A stretch of 64,000 nucleotides of DNA from the human T2T-CHM13v2.0 reference genome, Homo sapiens. The translations under genes and the position numbers were made by a program. The stretch lies in NCBI RefSeq assembly GCF_009914755.1, contig NC_060926.1, one strand, 5' to 3'. Shown here in pieces: positions 1 to 14,785 of this stretch; positions within the stretch are counted from its first letter, which is position 1; every line of letters begins with the position of its first letter. Below the pieces are notes generated by a model, which worked only from the letters and a program-made list of their open reading frames with translations, searched no databases and was not told the DNA's origin.

Positions 1-1334
1 CCAGCTCCATCCTCTTCCTATTGCCCTTAGTCTAACCACCATCTTCAAGTTTGTGTTTATCGTTTGCTTATATTTACAATTTTAACATATATATTTGTAT
101 TCCTGCACAATATTCTTTCAGTTTTTAGCCTGCTTTTGAACTTCATATAAATAGAATCAGATTTTTTATATTCATCCATGCTGTCATATATCATCCATGT
201 GTTCATTTCATTCATTTTATTTCTATTACATTAATTGCTTTTTTCTGAAATTTTGCTTTTTACTATGGAACTATTTTTCAAATACAGTGAAAACTTGAGA
301 GTCTGGTAGTGACTCCATATAACTCATCACCCAGTTATATAACAGCTTTTAACTTTTTGCCATAATCGTTTCATTGTCTTCTCTCTTTATGTTTTTTCAT
401 CATCCTCTCAACTATCCTATGATTTCACCCTAATACCAAACGCTTTACCTACTCCCAGGACTGATATTTCAGCAAGCTGGAAAGAAAGGAAAGTACAACA
501 GGGCTCTGGGGGCCCTGGTCCCAAGCTGGAGTGAAGAAATGTGCCCTCTCAAAAGTATAGCCCCTCTAAAACCAAAGCCCCAGGCAAGCCAGAGATAAAG
601 CCTTCCTCCAAAACAGTATTATGGGGCGTTTTCAGAGGCTGGCAGGTTAGAAAACAGCCGCTGCTTGCTCACTACAAGCTGTGCTTCTCCCTACTGCCCA
701 GTCTAAGAAGCAGAGTCCTGGTGTTACAATGGGTTGCCCAAAGTGACTGCAGGGTAAGCTTCAGGATGATTGTTGAGCAAGGTGAGCTTTCTCCTGTGAG
801 CAAGGAATTAGCCACAGACTGAACACTGTGGGGGACCTGTCTTTCTGGCTCACTCCTCACCCCTCCTCTTTTACAGTTGAGAGAACCAAGGAATGCGTTG
901 GGCAGTATTCCTTCTTATACTCATGATAGCCATTTGACGTTCCAGGTTTATGTGTGTGTGTGGGTGGGTGCTTTCCCTTGGACTCCCCATCTCGAGTGGT
1001 CCTTGGGCTTTGTCTCTTGCCCCAGAACTCCTAGGCTGTGGCAACAATCAAAGCCTGAGCTCACTTGATCTAGCAGATGTCCTTTTGGCAAATCCCAGCT
1101 TCGGAAGCCTGCTTTAACCACTTCCATTTCCTGCTGTTTTTGGCTTCTGAGTATTCCTTCTTTTCTTGCTAGCACATCGATTGGTTAAAGAATTTTTTTG
1201 CAATAATTTGATCCAGAATTTTTATTCTCAGCAGAAGAGTCAATCAGGGACCTACCATCCCCCAGGTAGGTAGTGGAAAGACTGTGGCAGCCTTTGTTGT
1301 CTTTTGTAAAACTTAAGGCACTTTGTTTTTGCAG

Positions 1335-1454
1335 GATTAATCACTCCTGAAGATCGGAAATATGGAACAACAAATCTTCACTTAGATGTATCTGATGCAG
1401 CTAATGTCATGGTCTATGTGGGAATTCCCAAAGGACAGTGTGAGCAAGAAGAAG
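1335..1454 (+). CDS. KDM3A: KDM3A coding exon, JmjC domain ([40 protein letters not shown])
   Basis: tttgcag acceptor and AG|gtaggg donor; 120 nt; translation contains the JmjC HxD metal-binding motif (HLD). Confidence 0.97.
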
Positions 1455-1536
1455 GTAGGGTGCTGAGCATAAAAGGAGGGCTTACTCTTTGAGCCAGGGC
1501 TTGTGGTCTGATATCTGCTTTCTCTTCTTGCTCTAG

Positions 1537-1676
1537 AAGTCCTTAAGACCATCCAAGATGGAGATTCTGACGAACTCACAATAAAGCGATTTATTGAAGG
1601 AAAAGAGAAGCCAGGAGCACTGTGGCACATATATGCTGCAAAGGACACGGAGAAGATAAGGGAATTTCTTAAAAAG
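1537..1676 (+). CDS. KDM3A: KDM3A coding exon ([47 protein letters not shown])
   Basis: ctctag acceptor after an 82-nt intron; AAG|gtgt donor; frame continuous with neighbours; [11 protein letters not shown]3 motif. Confidence 0.97.
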
Positions 1677-2893
1677 GTGTGCTGCTTATGGCATGTGTGA
1701 ACAGAGGCATAAGGAATAGCAATATTATGTTACTACATGTGGTGAACTGACTGGCTTGGCTAGGGGAATTGTCACAACCTGAAAAGTTAAATCTGTACCT
1801 GTCAGATTGAATAGGCTGAAGGTGGTTGCTAAGGAACAAGGATTCTAAATGATTAGGGTTACACTTCTAAAAAAAGCAGGCCTTGTCTTTTATGTCTGTG
1901 TTTTGTGTTAGAGTGCATTTAGAGATTTTTGTTCTCTGCTTTCAAGTTAGAAGTTAGTTCATCTGATCATCTCCCAGCATATATCTGTTTTTATTGCCTT
2001 GAGAATCTGAGCACTTCAGACGTTCATGTATCCTTGGCCCTGAGTGACCATGTTCTGAGTGAGTTGCTAAGTTTGGTTTTGTCCACTGTCATGTAGCAAG
2101 TGGTCCTGTTACTAGCAAGGGTTGCAGGGATTTGGAAGATTCTAGGTTTCCCCTGTAGTTGGCAGGTTTTTTTTTCAGCAAGGGCTATGTGTGGAAATTC
2201 TAGGCAACTAGAAAGATGAGTCGTGTTCAGTTTTAAAATTGTTTGGCACTGAGGCTGCCGGTTGCAACTCAGGTGTCTTTGGCTGATATTCTTCAGTCAT
2301 TCATGAGTCTTGGATATGAACATTCGTAACCTGTTAGCTGGCCCCAAGTATGTCTTTAACAAGCATTTGTTTGAATCAAAGTGTTTCTGGCTAAGGATCA
2401 TTTGGCTCTTCCAGAAAACCGGCTTGGTCACCATATTGTTCTTTTGATATTGTCACTCTGAGTCTCTGCTTTACCAGTTACTGGATCAAGGATAAACAAG
2501 TCTAATCTGCAGCTGTCTTTGGGACTGTTTCGTAAGTCAGATTAAGTAAAGGCAGGTTTCTAATAACTTTAAAACAAGTTCATTTATAAGGATACTGAGC
2601 CTACTTATGTTTAAAAATCTAGACTAAAATATTGTTTAAATACAGTATTTACAAACTTATGCAGAGCCTGTCAGTCATGGTTTATGGGAACTGACATCAC
2701 ATTTTCTTCGTCATTCTTCTGTTGGTTCATTCAGCTGAAGTCTTTGATACTACTAGTCGTCTTCTGCCAATGGGGGCACTTAAGTTGAAGAAGGCCTGAC
2801 ATTTATGAACTGCCAACACTGTTTAGAGGAAAAAAATGGCTTATTGGGCCTTAGCATGTTACTGAGTTGCATAATATTTTGAATGTATTCTAG

Positions 2894-3070
2894 GTATCAG
2901 AAGAGCAAGGTCAAGAAAACCCAGCAGACCACGATCCTATTCATGATCAAAGCTGGTATTTAGACCGATCATTAAGAAAACGTCTTCATCAAGAGTATGG
3001 AGTTCAAGGCTGGGCTATTGTACAGTTTCTTGGGGATGTGGTGTTTATCCCGGCAGGAGCTCCACATCAG
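2894..3070 (+). CDS. KDM3A: KDM3A coding exon ([24 protein letters not shown]...[11 protein letters not shown])
   Basis: ttctag acceptor; 177 nt in frame; ends at a non-canonical CAG|GCAAGA donor; FIPAGAPH carries the distal JmjC His. Confidence 0.96.
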
Positions 3071-3111
3071 GCAAGAATCATTACTTTTTCTTTAATCTCT
3101 TTATGTCATGA

Positions 3112-3357
<246 letters not shown>

Positions 3358-4051
3358 TAAAGAGAGTCAGTGAACTTGGCCATATCGTACTTAGTACACA
3401 GTGAGTCGAGGAACTTGCTTTATATCTAGTACTACTATCTACTTAAGTGAGGGAGGAACAAGAGGAAATCTCACCTTGGTTTGATTTGATATTGTTTAGA
3501 ATCTATAAGGGACTGTCCCCACAGAGAAAGGCCTTAGTACTGAAAATGAATAGATGTGACTTCTGATCTTGGCCCAGCTGCCTGTCGGGGTCTTGAACAC
3601 AGTGCTTAACCTTCAGTGCTGCAGTGTTCTCATCACTCTTAGGTAGAGCAGAACTGAATCTCTGAGACTCAAAGAGGTCTGAGGGGGTGGTATTTTCAAA
3701 AGGATTTCAGTAATGAATTATGTAACATAATTTCATGTTTGGAAAATAAGGGAAAAATGATAAAAGCTGTACCTTGGAACTTGCCTCTCCCTGTACTCAC
3801 TGTGAGTAGGTCTACGTGGTATCAAAACCTCTAAAAGGGGGAAAATGAGTTCTTGAAATCATGGGTTTAAAATGTATGTGAAATACTGGTCTGAAGGAGC
3901 CCAGGGACCTTTTGCAATGTTGACATTTCATACGAATATTGAATTTTAAATTCTGAGAGAAGGTAATAAAATTAGTAGGAGGAAGCTTATTCTTAGTGAC
4001 AGGTTTTAGATTTAAATGTAAAATGCCCATATTTTCTCCTACTATTTTTAG

Positions 4052-4132
4052 GTGAAGAATGTTATCTACCATGCAGTGAAAGATGCAGTTGCTATGCTGA
4101 AAGCCAGTGAATCCAGTTTTGGCAAACCTTAA
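4052..4132 (+). CDS. KDM3A: KDM3A last coding exon (VKNVIYHAVKDAVAMLKASESSFGKP*)
   Basis: tttttag acceptor; TAA at 4130-4132; matches the KDM3A C-terminus. Confidence 0.97.
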   Translation: MKNVIYHAVKDAVAMLKASESSFGKP

Positions 4133-4709
4133 TCTCCCTGCACATTGGAAATGAATTACAGGCAGCTGTTCAAACTCTTCAGGCAGGATTCCTGTGGACT
4201 TTGAGATTCATGTTACCTCATCTTCTTTTTTAAACTGTACCCAACTTGTGAGGGTACTCTGTCTAATGTATATTTCTAGTGTTTACAGACAGTAAATGTG
4301 TATATGTAGTAACTATTTACAGAACATGCATCCTTAAACTGTGACTTCTCACCTAGTGCAGAACTTTTACCAGGCTGTAAAAGCAAAACCTCGTATCAGC
4401 TCTGGAACAATACCTGCAGTTATTCTTCAGCTGTTTGGACAACTTAGATTGGGTTTATAACTATTAGGAATCACTGCACAGTTTATTTGGGTTGTGTTTT
4501 GTGTCTGAGTCCCCTCCCTCATCCCTTAGGGTCCAGAAGAGCAATGGAGGAAGTGACAGCTAATGTTGCAGTTCTTATTGTATGGCATAGGACTGGCATT
4601 ATATAGCAGAAATCAACTACTGTACAATTTCTTGGGGTTAACCATCTTTAGTTAAATGGAATTTTAATTTAAATGACGCTTTGCTAATTTTAAGTGTTAA
4701 GCATTTTGC

Positions 4710-4715
4710 ATTAAA
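4710..4715 (+). terminator. KDM3A: Probable KDM3A polyadenylation signal (ATTAAA); 3'UTR about 4133-4730
   Basis: ATTAAA ~580 nt after the stop, followed by U/GU-rich sequence. Confidence 0.7.
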
Positions 4716-6963
4716 ATATTCATATAATATTTTGGCTCAGTTTATTGGCATTATCCTCTCATTGTGGTTTCAACACAACTTTCTTCAAATGCAGGTGTAA
4801 TGGATTGCTCCAAGAACTCTTCTTAAAAGCAAAGAAATCAGATGCTATAGTGATTTTCTTAGTGATTATTACAAAGCTAACATGGAAATTTCTGCTCAGC
4901 CAGGTAGAAACCCTGTCACACTTTGTCAAGGAAACACCACCAATTAATTAAATTTAGAAACAGGAATTAACCAAGAAACCAAATAGTGCCAGGCTAAATG
5001 GTTCTAAAAAGGTAAGTAATGAAACACTTTGTTTTATGGCCCTTCATAATGTTAAGTTTATGAAGGAAAATGAAATTATAAGTTCTAGGACAGTACTACC
5101 TAAAATATTCATCTCTGTGAAGGAAAAAAATTCACAAAGAAGCGCCTTTCTTTAGCCCACTGATTCTCCTAGGCCACTCTTTCATTTAATTTCTTTAAAA
5201 AAAGGAATTAAACATAGAAATCAGATAGTACATAGACAAAGCCTAGAACCTGAGTTTTAATTTGTGAGCTGAGTAGGAGGCCAGAGGATCCGTATTAAAT
5301 TTCAGAACCCATTGTCAAATCTAAGGTCAAAGATTTGCTCTAATGTTTTCTTCTAGGAGTTTTAAAATTTTAGCCCTTAAATTAAGTCTTTGACCTATTT
5401 TGAGTTAATTATTAAATATGGTGTAAAGATTCAACTTCATTTTTTTGAATATGGATATCCAGTTTTCCCAGCAACATTTGTCGTCAAACACTGTTCTTTC
5501 CCCCATTGAATGGTCTTGGCACTCTAGTTAAAAATCAATTGATCGTAGATGGGAAAGCATATTACTAGGCTCTCATATTCCACTGGTCTGTGTATCTGTC
5601 TTTATGCCAGTACTGCACTGTTTTGATTTCTGCTACTTTGTAGTAAGTTTTAAAATCAACAACTGTGAGTTCTCCAACTCTGGTCTTCTTTTTCATGATT
5701 GTTTTAATCAGGGTCACTGGAAATTCCGTACGAATTTTGGGATAGGTTTTTTTATTTCTGCAAAAAACACCATCTGGGTATTAATAGAGATTGCATTGAA
5801 CCTGTATGTTCCTTTGGGTGTCATCTTAACAATCTAATTCTTGCAATCCATGAGCATGGGATGTTGTGTTTCCATTTATTGGTGTCTTCTTTAATGTCTT
5901 TCAGCAATGTTTTGTAGTTTTCAGTTGCATGAGTTTTGTACCTTCATGGTTAAATTTATTCCTAGGTATTTTATTCTTTTTTTGCTATGATAAATGAAAT
6001 TATTTTTCTTTTTGTATTGCTAGCATTTATAAGTGCAACTGATTTTTGGTGTTGGTTTGTATTTTGCAACTGTACATATAAAATCATGCCATCCGTGAAC
6101 AGGGATAATTTTACTTACTCCTGTATATAATCTGGATACCTTTCTTTTTCTTGCCTAATTGCTCTGGTTAGAATTTTCAGTTCCATGTTCAATAAAAGTA
6201 GTGAAAGTGGGCATCCTTGTCTTGTTCCTCATCTTTAGGGGAAAGCTTTCAGAGTGATTTAGCTGTGTATTTTTCATCTATGGCCTTTATGCTGTTAAGG
6301 AAGTTCTCTTCTATTTCTTAAGTTTTTATTGTTTTCTTTTTTTATCCTGAAAGGGTGTTGGATTTTGTCATATGCTTTTTTCTGCAACAGTAGAAACCAC
6401 GTGGTTTTTCCTCCATTCTTCATTCTATTAATGTGGCATATACATTGAATAATTTTCATATGATGAACCACCTGTGTATTCTTAAGATAAATCTCACTTG
6501 GTTGTGGTGTATAGTCCATTTAATAGGTTACTGGACTTGGTTTTCTAGTATTTGGAAGATGTCTGCATCTGTAACCATAAGGGTTTGTTGTAGTTTTTCT
6601 TGTGGTATCTTTGTCTGAAATTGGTATCAGGATATTGCTGATATATTGAGATACAATTGTTTATAGCATTCTCTTAAAATCCTTTTTATTTGTGTAAAGT
6701 GGGTGGTGGTTTCTCCCATTTCGTATCTGATTTCAGTAACTTCTGCCCTCATCCTCATTCTCCTATAGTCAGTCTAGCTCTAGGCTTGTTAATTTTGTTG
6801 GTATTTTTATAGAACTGTCTTTTGATTTTGTTGATTTTCTGTACTATTTTTCTGTTTCCAATTTCATTTATTTCTGCTCTAATCTTTGTCTGTCCTTCGG
6901 CTAGCCCTCGGTTTAGTTTGTTCCTCTTTTTTTCTGGTTCCTTAAGGTGTACAGTTAGGTTAT

Positions 6964-7547
<584 letters not shown>

Positions 7548-8509
7548 TATCTCAGGTATTTTCTAATTTCCCTTGTGATTTCTTCCTTGACCCTTTGATT
7601 GTTTTAAGATTGTGTTAATTTCCACATATTTGTGAATTTTTTAGTTTTCCTCTGTTACTGATTTCTAATTTTATTCCATCCTGGTTGGCAAAGATATTTT
7701 GTATAATTTCAGTCTTTTTAAATTTCTTGAGACTTGTTTTGTGCCCATATGGTTTATGCTGGAGAATGTCCCATTTGCATTTGAGAACAATGTATATTTT
7801 GCTGTTGTTGGGTGGGTCATTCTGTATGTCTGTTGGGTCTATTTGGTATATAGTGTCATCCAAGTCCTCTGTTTCTTTATTGATGTTCTGCCTGGTTGTC
7901 ATGTTGGTTATTGAAAGTGGGATATTGAAGTCGCCAGCTATTACTGTAGAACTATTTCTGTCTTCAATTCTGGCAATTTTTGCTTCATGTCTTTTGGAAT
8001 TTCTGTTGTTAGGTGCATATATGTTTATAATTATCATATCTTCTTAATGGATTGGTCCTTTCATCAACATATAATGTCCTTCTTTGGTGTCCTGAAATCT
8101 TAAACTGAAATCTGTTTTGTCTGACAATTATATAGATAACCCCAGCTTTCTCGTGGTTACCATTTCTATGGGCTCTTTTCCATCCTTTTACTTTTTTAAC
8201 CTTTTTTTCTTTGTATCTAAATTGTCAGCATATATAGGTAGATCATGTTTTTTTATCCCTTCCATCTGCCTTTTAATTGGAGTTTAATACATTTAGAGTA
8301 ATTAGATGACTGACTTCTGCTTTTTATCTGGTATGTTTTATCTGGTTTTTGTTACTTAAAATCCCACCATTACTGCTTTATTTCATATTTAGTTGAAACT
8401 TTGTACTGTACCATTGTTTCCCCTTTTCTTTCCTTTTGTATATATTTTTAAGTTATTTTCTTGGTTATTCTCTCAGGAACTGCAGTTAACATCTTAAGCT
8501 TTACAAACT

Positions 8510-8818
8510 TTGGGAGTTTTTCTTGTTTCATTTTTGAGACAGGGCCTCACTGTGTCACCCAGGCTGGAGTGCAGTGGCACAGTCTTGGCTCACTACATCT
8601 GCCACCTGGGCTCAAGTGATCTTCCCACCTGTTTCCTGAGTAGCTGGGACTACAGGCATGCGCCACCACACTCAGCTAATTTTTTTATTTTTTATTTTTT
8701 TGTAGAGACGAGGTCTCACTGTTGCCCAGACTGGTCTCAAACTCCTGGGCTCAAGCAGTCCACCCACCTCAGCCTCCTGAAGTGCTAAGATCACAGGCGT
8801 GAGCCATTGCACCTGGCT
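8510..8818 (-). mobile_element. AluJ-type
   Basis: Antisense Alu; TSD-like TTACAAACT/TTATAAACT. Confidence 0.88.
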
Positions 8819-9605
8819 TATAAACTGCAATAGTATACAAAAACTTTGCTGCTATACATCTTCATCCCTCCTTATTTATAGTGTTATTGTCACAGATTAC
8901 ATCTCTATACATTGTGCCCATTAACATAGTTTTTATTTATGCATATTTGCCTTAAGGCAAAAAATAGGAAAAAATGAATTACAAACCAGAAGTATAACTG
9001 GCTTTTATATTTACTTGGAATTATCTTTACTAGTGCTCTTATTATTTTTTTGTATGACTTTAAGTTAGTCTAGTGTTCTTTCATTTCAGCCTTAAGGTCT
9101 CGCTTTAGCATTTACTATATGGCAGATCTGCTAGAAACAAACTCCCTTCATTTTTGCTTTTCAGGGAATGTCTTAGTTTCTCCTTCATTCTTGAAGGATA
9201 ATTTCCCTGGAATATAATTCTTCATTGACAGCTTTTTTCTCCCCAGCATCTTGAATATGTTATCCTTACAGCCGTCTGGCCCCCGTGGATTCTGATAAGA
9301 AATTACATTGAGGATCACTTTTACATAGTGAGTCACTTCTCTCTTGCTGCTTTAAATATTTTTTTTTTTTTAAGTTTGTCTGTCGTGTCTCATTGTGGAT
9401 CCCTTTGGGTTTATCCTGTTTGGAATTCAGTTTCTTGGATTCTTATCTTTCAGATTTTAGAGGTTTTCAACCATTATATCATCTTCAAATATTGTCTTTT
9501 TGTCTCCCTCTGATACTGCCATAATGTGTATGTTGGTGAGCTTGATGGGCTTCCACAAGTCCTTTGGCTTTTCTTCATTCTTTTCTCTTTCTGTTCCTTA
9601 GACTG

Positions 9606-9899
<294 letters not shown>

Positions 9900-11551
9900 T
9901 CAGACTGTATTTTTTTCAATTATTCTGTTTTCAAGTTTGCTGGTTCCTCTTTGTACCTACTCAAACCTGCTGTTGAACCCCTCTAGTGTATTTTCAAAAA
10001 TTTCAAGTTAGTATACATTTGAGCTCCAGCGTTTCTGTGTGGTTCTATTTTATACTTTGTTTCTTTATTGAGATTTCATTCATAGTGTTTTCCTGGTTTC
10101 CTTTTTAGTTCATTTGTCCATGGTTTCTTTTACCTCCCCAGCTTTTCTTCCCAGGTTTTAGGCAGTCCATTGTATATTTATTTCAACTATAATCTTTTAC
10201 CTCAGATAAAAGGCGCACTTTTTTCCTGATTGCCTTACAGTGTTTTCAAGCAATGCCTTCAGCTTTTCTGCCAAGGAGGTTCTCAGGCAAACCGGAGATG
10301 AGCACCTTGTGTTAGTCTCCCAGACAGGTTTATGGCAGACACATATAACTTGTGAATAAGGCCTGCTTTGTTCCCTCTGGAACCAAGGACCAGGGTCTGT
10401 GGGCTGCTGTATTCAAGACCACTGCCATGCTGGGAGGGGCAAGTAAAAATGACACAAAGCTTTCTTACCAGTATTAAGTTTCCTTTTTCTTAATCCAGAT
10501 TTACTTGGTTGCTTTACAGTAACCTTTGTTTTCCAGAGCTCTGACAAAGTGGGTTCAGGGGTGTTCCCCTCTCTGGAAGGATGGGTGTTTGAACCTGTCT
10601 ACTCCAACATCTTGCTGATATTCTATAAATCTATTTTTGAAACTATAATTACGTACAGGAAAGAACTTCCTTACCCTAAAACAAGGTATTTCCCCACTAT
10701 GGCTTAGATCTGCATTTCTGAGATGGTTCAGTGGCTGGGGGATGTTAATTCTGATGCCTCAAAAGAAAACTGTATTGGTCAAATAAATTTGGAAAAAGCA
10801 TATGAAAGCCTTAGAAACGTTCTAAAGAAAACCTGTTTTATGTTTATTTTAACCAAACATTTCCAAGTCCTAAGATCCTTTTCTTACTGATAATCAAGAT
10901 TACCATTTGAAGAGCACCTGTCACTACAGTAGGACAAGAAAAATGGTCCCAGTTAATTGAAAGCTTTGAAAGCTGTATGATTTGTCAGTTGTGGGATTGG
11001 AAAAAGGCCCAAAGCAGACATGACTAGTACTATTTGGAAACAAATGAGTCAGAACCCCATCTCTCCAGGAGTTCCAAGACAAACAAACACACACCTGGAA
11101 ATACATAATCAAGGTGCCTAAAGCCATGTGAGCTGTATAATTGCTAAGTGTTCTGGAAGACAGACATCTTTGATAGGAGATTAGACGGATGGTCAGGTTA
11201 CAGCCTGCCTGGAGTGAACTACTAGGTGACCACCTCAAGCTGAAAAGTGATTTTTAAAAAGCTATGTTTCAAAACAAACAAAAATGAGATGGTGGTATGA
11301 AATGATAGTTTGAGTGCCCTTGGAAATGAATAAATGGTTTTATTAGGGCACCAAGTAGATCCTATATGTGTTTGTTTGGGGTGAGATGTGGGATGGGGTG
11401 GGTGGGAGCTGATGCTGCTATTGCTGGATCCAAGTTGAGTACCTGAAAATGGAGAAACTTTTATTGCACGCCTGTACAACCATTATTTGCCTTCCACATC
11501 ATAACGCCTTCTAGGGCTAAGTGTCTGACTCATTTTGTCTCCAGTGATGCG

Positions 11552-13865
11552 TGTGTTAGTCCATTCTCACGCTGCTATAAAGAACTACCTGAGACTGGAT
11601 AATTTATGAAGAAAAGAGGTTTAATTAACTCACAGTTCTGCAGGCTGTACAGGAAGCATGGCTGCGAGGCCTCAAGAAACTTACAGTCATGGCAGAAGGG
11701 CGAAGGGAAAGCAAGCACCTTCTTCACATGGCAGAGGGAGAGAGCAAGCAAAGGGGGAAGTGCTACACACTTAACCAGATCTCATGAGAACTCACTGTCA
11801 TGAGAACAGCAAGGGGGAAATCTGCCCCCATGATCCAATCACCTCCCACCAGGCTCTACCTCCAAGACTCAGGATCACAATTCAACATGAGATTTGGGTG
11901 GGGGGACACAGCCAAACCATATCATTCCACCCCGGCCCCTCCCAAATCTCATGTCCTCACATTTCAAAACACAATCATGCCTTCCCAATAGCCCCCTAAA
12001 GTCTTAACTCATTCCAGCATTAACTCAAATGTCCAAGTCAAGTCTCATCTGAGACCAGCCAAGTCCCTTCCTCCTGTGAGCCTGTAAAATCAAAAACAAG
12101 TCAGTTATTTCCAAGATACAATGGGGATACAGGCATTGGGTAAATGCTCCCATTCCAAATAGGAGAAATCAGCCAAAACAAAGGGGCTATGGGCCCCATG
12201 CAAGTCCAAAATCCAGGAGGGCAGTCATTAAATCTCAAACCTCCAAAATGATCTTTGACTCCACGTCTCACATCCAGGCCACACTGACACAAGGAGTGGG
12301 CTCCCAAGGCTCTGGGCAGCTCTGCCTCTGTGGCTCTGCATATAGTCCCCACAGCTGCTTTCACAGGCTAGCATTAACTGCCTGCAACTTTTACAGGTGC
12401 ATAGTGCAAGCTGTCAGTGGATCTACAATTCTGGGGTCTGGTGGATGGTGGCCCTCTTCTCATAGCTCCACTAGGCAGTGCCCCAGTGGGGACTCTGTGT
12501 GGGCTCCAACCCCACATTTCCCCTCCACACTGCCCTCGCAGAGGTTATCTATGAGGGCTCTGCCTCTGCAGCAAACTTCTGCCTGGACATCCGGGCATTT
12601 CCATACATCCTCTGAAATCTAGGTAGAGGTTCCTAAACCTCAACTCTTCTGCACACCTGCCTAACACCACATGGAAGCCACCAAGGCTTGGGGCTTGCAC
12701 CCTCTGAAGCAGCAGCCCAAGCTGTACCTTGGCCCCTTTTAGTCACAGCTGGAGCTGGAGTGGCTGGGATGCAGGGCACCATGTCCCAAGGCTGCACAGA
12801 ACAGTGGGGCCCTGGGCTGGCCCACAAAAGCATTTCTTCCTCCTGGGCTTCCATGCCTGTGATGGGAGGAGCTGCTGTGAAGGTCTCTGAAATGCTCTAG
12901 AGGCATTTTCCTCACTCTCTTGGCTGTTAACATGAGGCTCTTCTTATGCAAATTTCTGCAGCCTTGAATTCCTCCCCAGAAAATGGATTTTTCTTTTTCA
13001 CCACATGGTTGGGCTGCAAATTCTCCAAACTTTTATAAAAGCTCAGCTTCTGTTTTAAATATAAGTTCCACTTTGTTCATGCAAATGAGCATAGGCTTTT
13101 AGAAGCAATCAGGCCACATCTTGAACACTTTGCTGCTTAGAAATTTTTTCTGCCAGATACCCTCTCGAGTTCAGAGTTCACAGATCTCTAGAGCAGGGGC
13201 ACAATGCCACCACTCTCTTTGCTAAAGCACAGCCAAGAGTGACCTTCACTCCAGTTCGGAATAAGATTCTCATCTCCCATCTGAGACCAACTCAGCCTGG
13301 ACTTCACTGTCCATATCACTATCAGCACTTTGGTCACAACCATTCAACAAGTCTCTAGGAAGCTGCAAACTTTCCCTCATCTTCCTGTCTTCTTCTGAGC
13401 CCTCCAAACTGTTCCAACCTCTGCCCATTACCCAGTTCCAAAGTCACTTCCACATTTTCAGGTATTTTATAGCAATATCCCACTTCTCTGGTACCAATTT
13501 TCTGTATTAGTCCGTTCTCACACTGCCATAAAAAACCACCTGAGAGTGGGTAATTAATGAAGAAAAGAGGTTTAACTGACAGTTCCGCAGGCTGTACAGG
13601 AGGCATGGCTGGGGAGGCCTCAGGAAACACAGTCGTGGCGGAAGGGCAAAGGCACCTTCTTCACATGGTGGAGTGGGAGAGAGTGAAGCAGGAAGTGCTA
13701 TACACTTTTAAACAACCAGATCTCATGAGAACTCACTATCATGAGAACAGCAAGGGGAAAATCCGCCCCCATGATCCAGTCGTCTCCCGCGAGGCCCCAC
13801 CTCCAACACTCAGGATCACAATTCAACATGAGATTTGGGTGGGAACACAGAGCCAAACCATATCA
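11552..13865 (-). mobile_element. Two-LTR ERVL-MaLR element (MSTA-like): LTR 11552-11924, internal 11925-13502, LTR 13503-13865
   Basis: Two ~365-bp direct repeats running tgt.ttagtcc...ccatatca that flank a THE1/MST-type internal region; degenerate 5-bp TSD ATGCG/GTGCC. Confidence 0.9.
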
Positions 13866-14385
13866 GTGCCCAACAAAGTGTATGAGGGAAAAAGGAATGC
13901 GTGAACCAACAGTGCTCTTTCCTTACCTGAGAGCAAGCAAGAATGGAAAAAACGTGACCTCTCAACAATTAAACCAACCCTACGTTTATATCATTTTCTT
14001 TGAGTGGCTGGAAGAGAGGTTATTACTATTCTGGCTATCCAACCATCCACCCAGAACAAGTTTAATTATCCACATAAAAAATATTCAGGGATTATGAGCA
14101 TCCCATATTTTCAACATCATCCTGTGAAGAAACTAGCTGGATTAAGGCTATCACAAAACAATAAACTGGCATTGCTGTATGTCAGTTTTTGCCAACTTGA
14201 CCTGTGGATTCAATGCAATCCCAATCAAAACCCAGCAAAGTATTTTGTGGATCCTGACAAACTGGTTCTAAAGTTTACATGGAAAGGCAAAAGACCCAGA
14301 ATAGCTGGCACAATATTGAAAGAGAAAAAGGTCAGAAGACTGATATTACCCAACTTTAAGACTCACTATAAAGCTACAGTAATTA

Positions 14386-14785
<400 letters not shown>

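Noticed and set aside
7615-8037. Endonuclease-like ORF, and RT-like ORF 44731..45159
   Set aside because: Fragments of dead L1 ORF2, interrupted by stops, frameshifts and Alus
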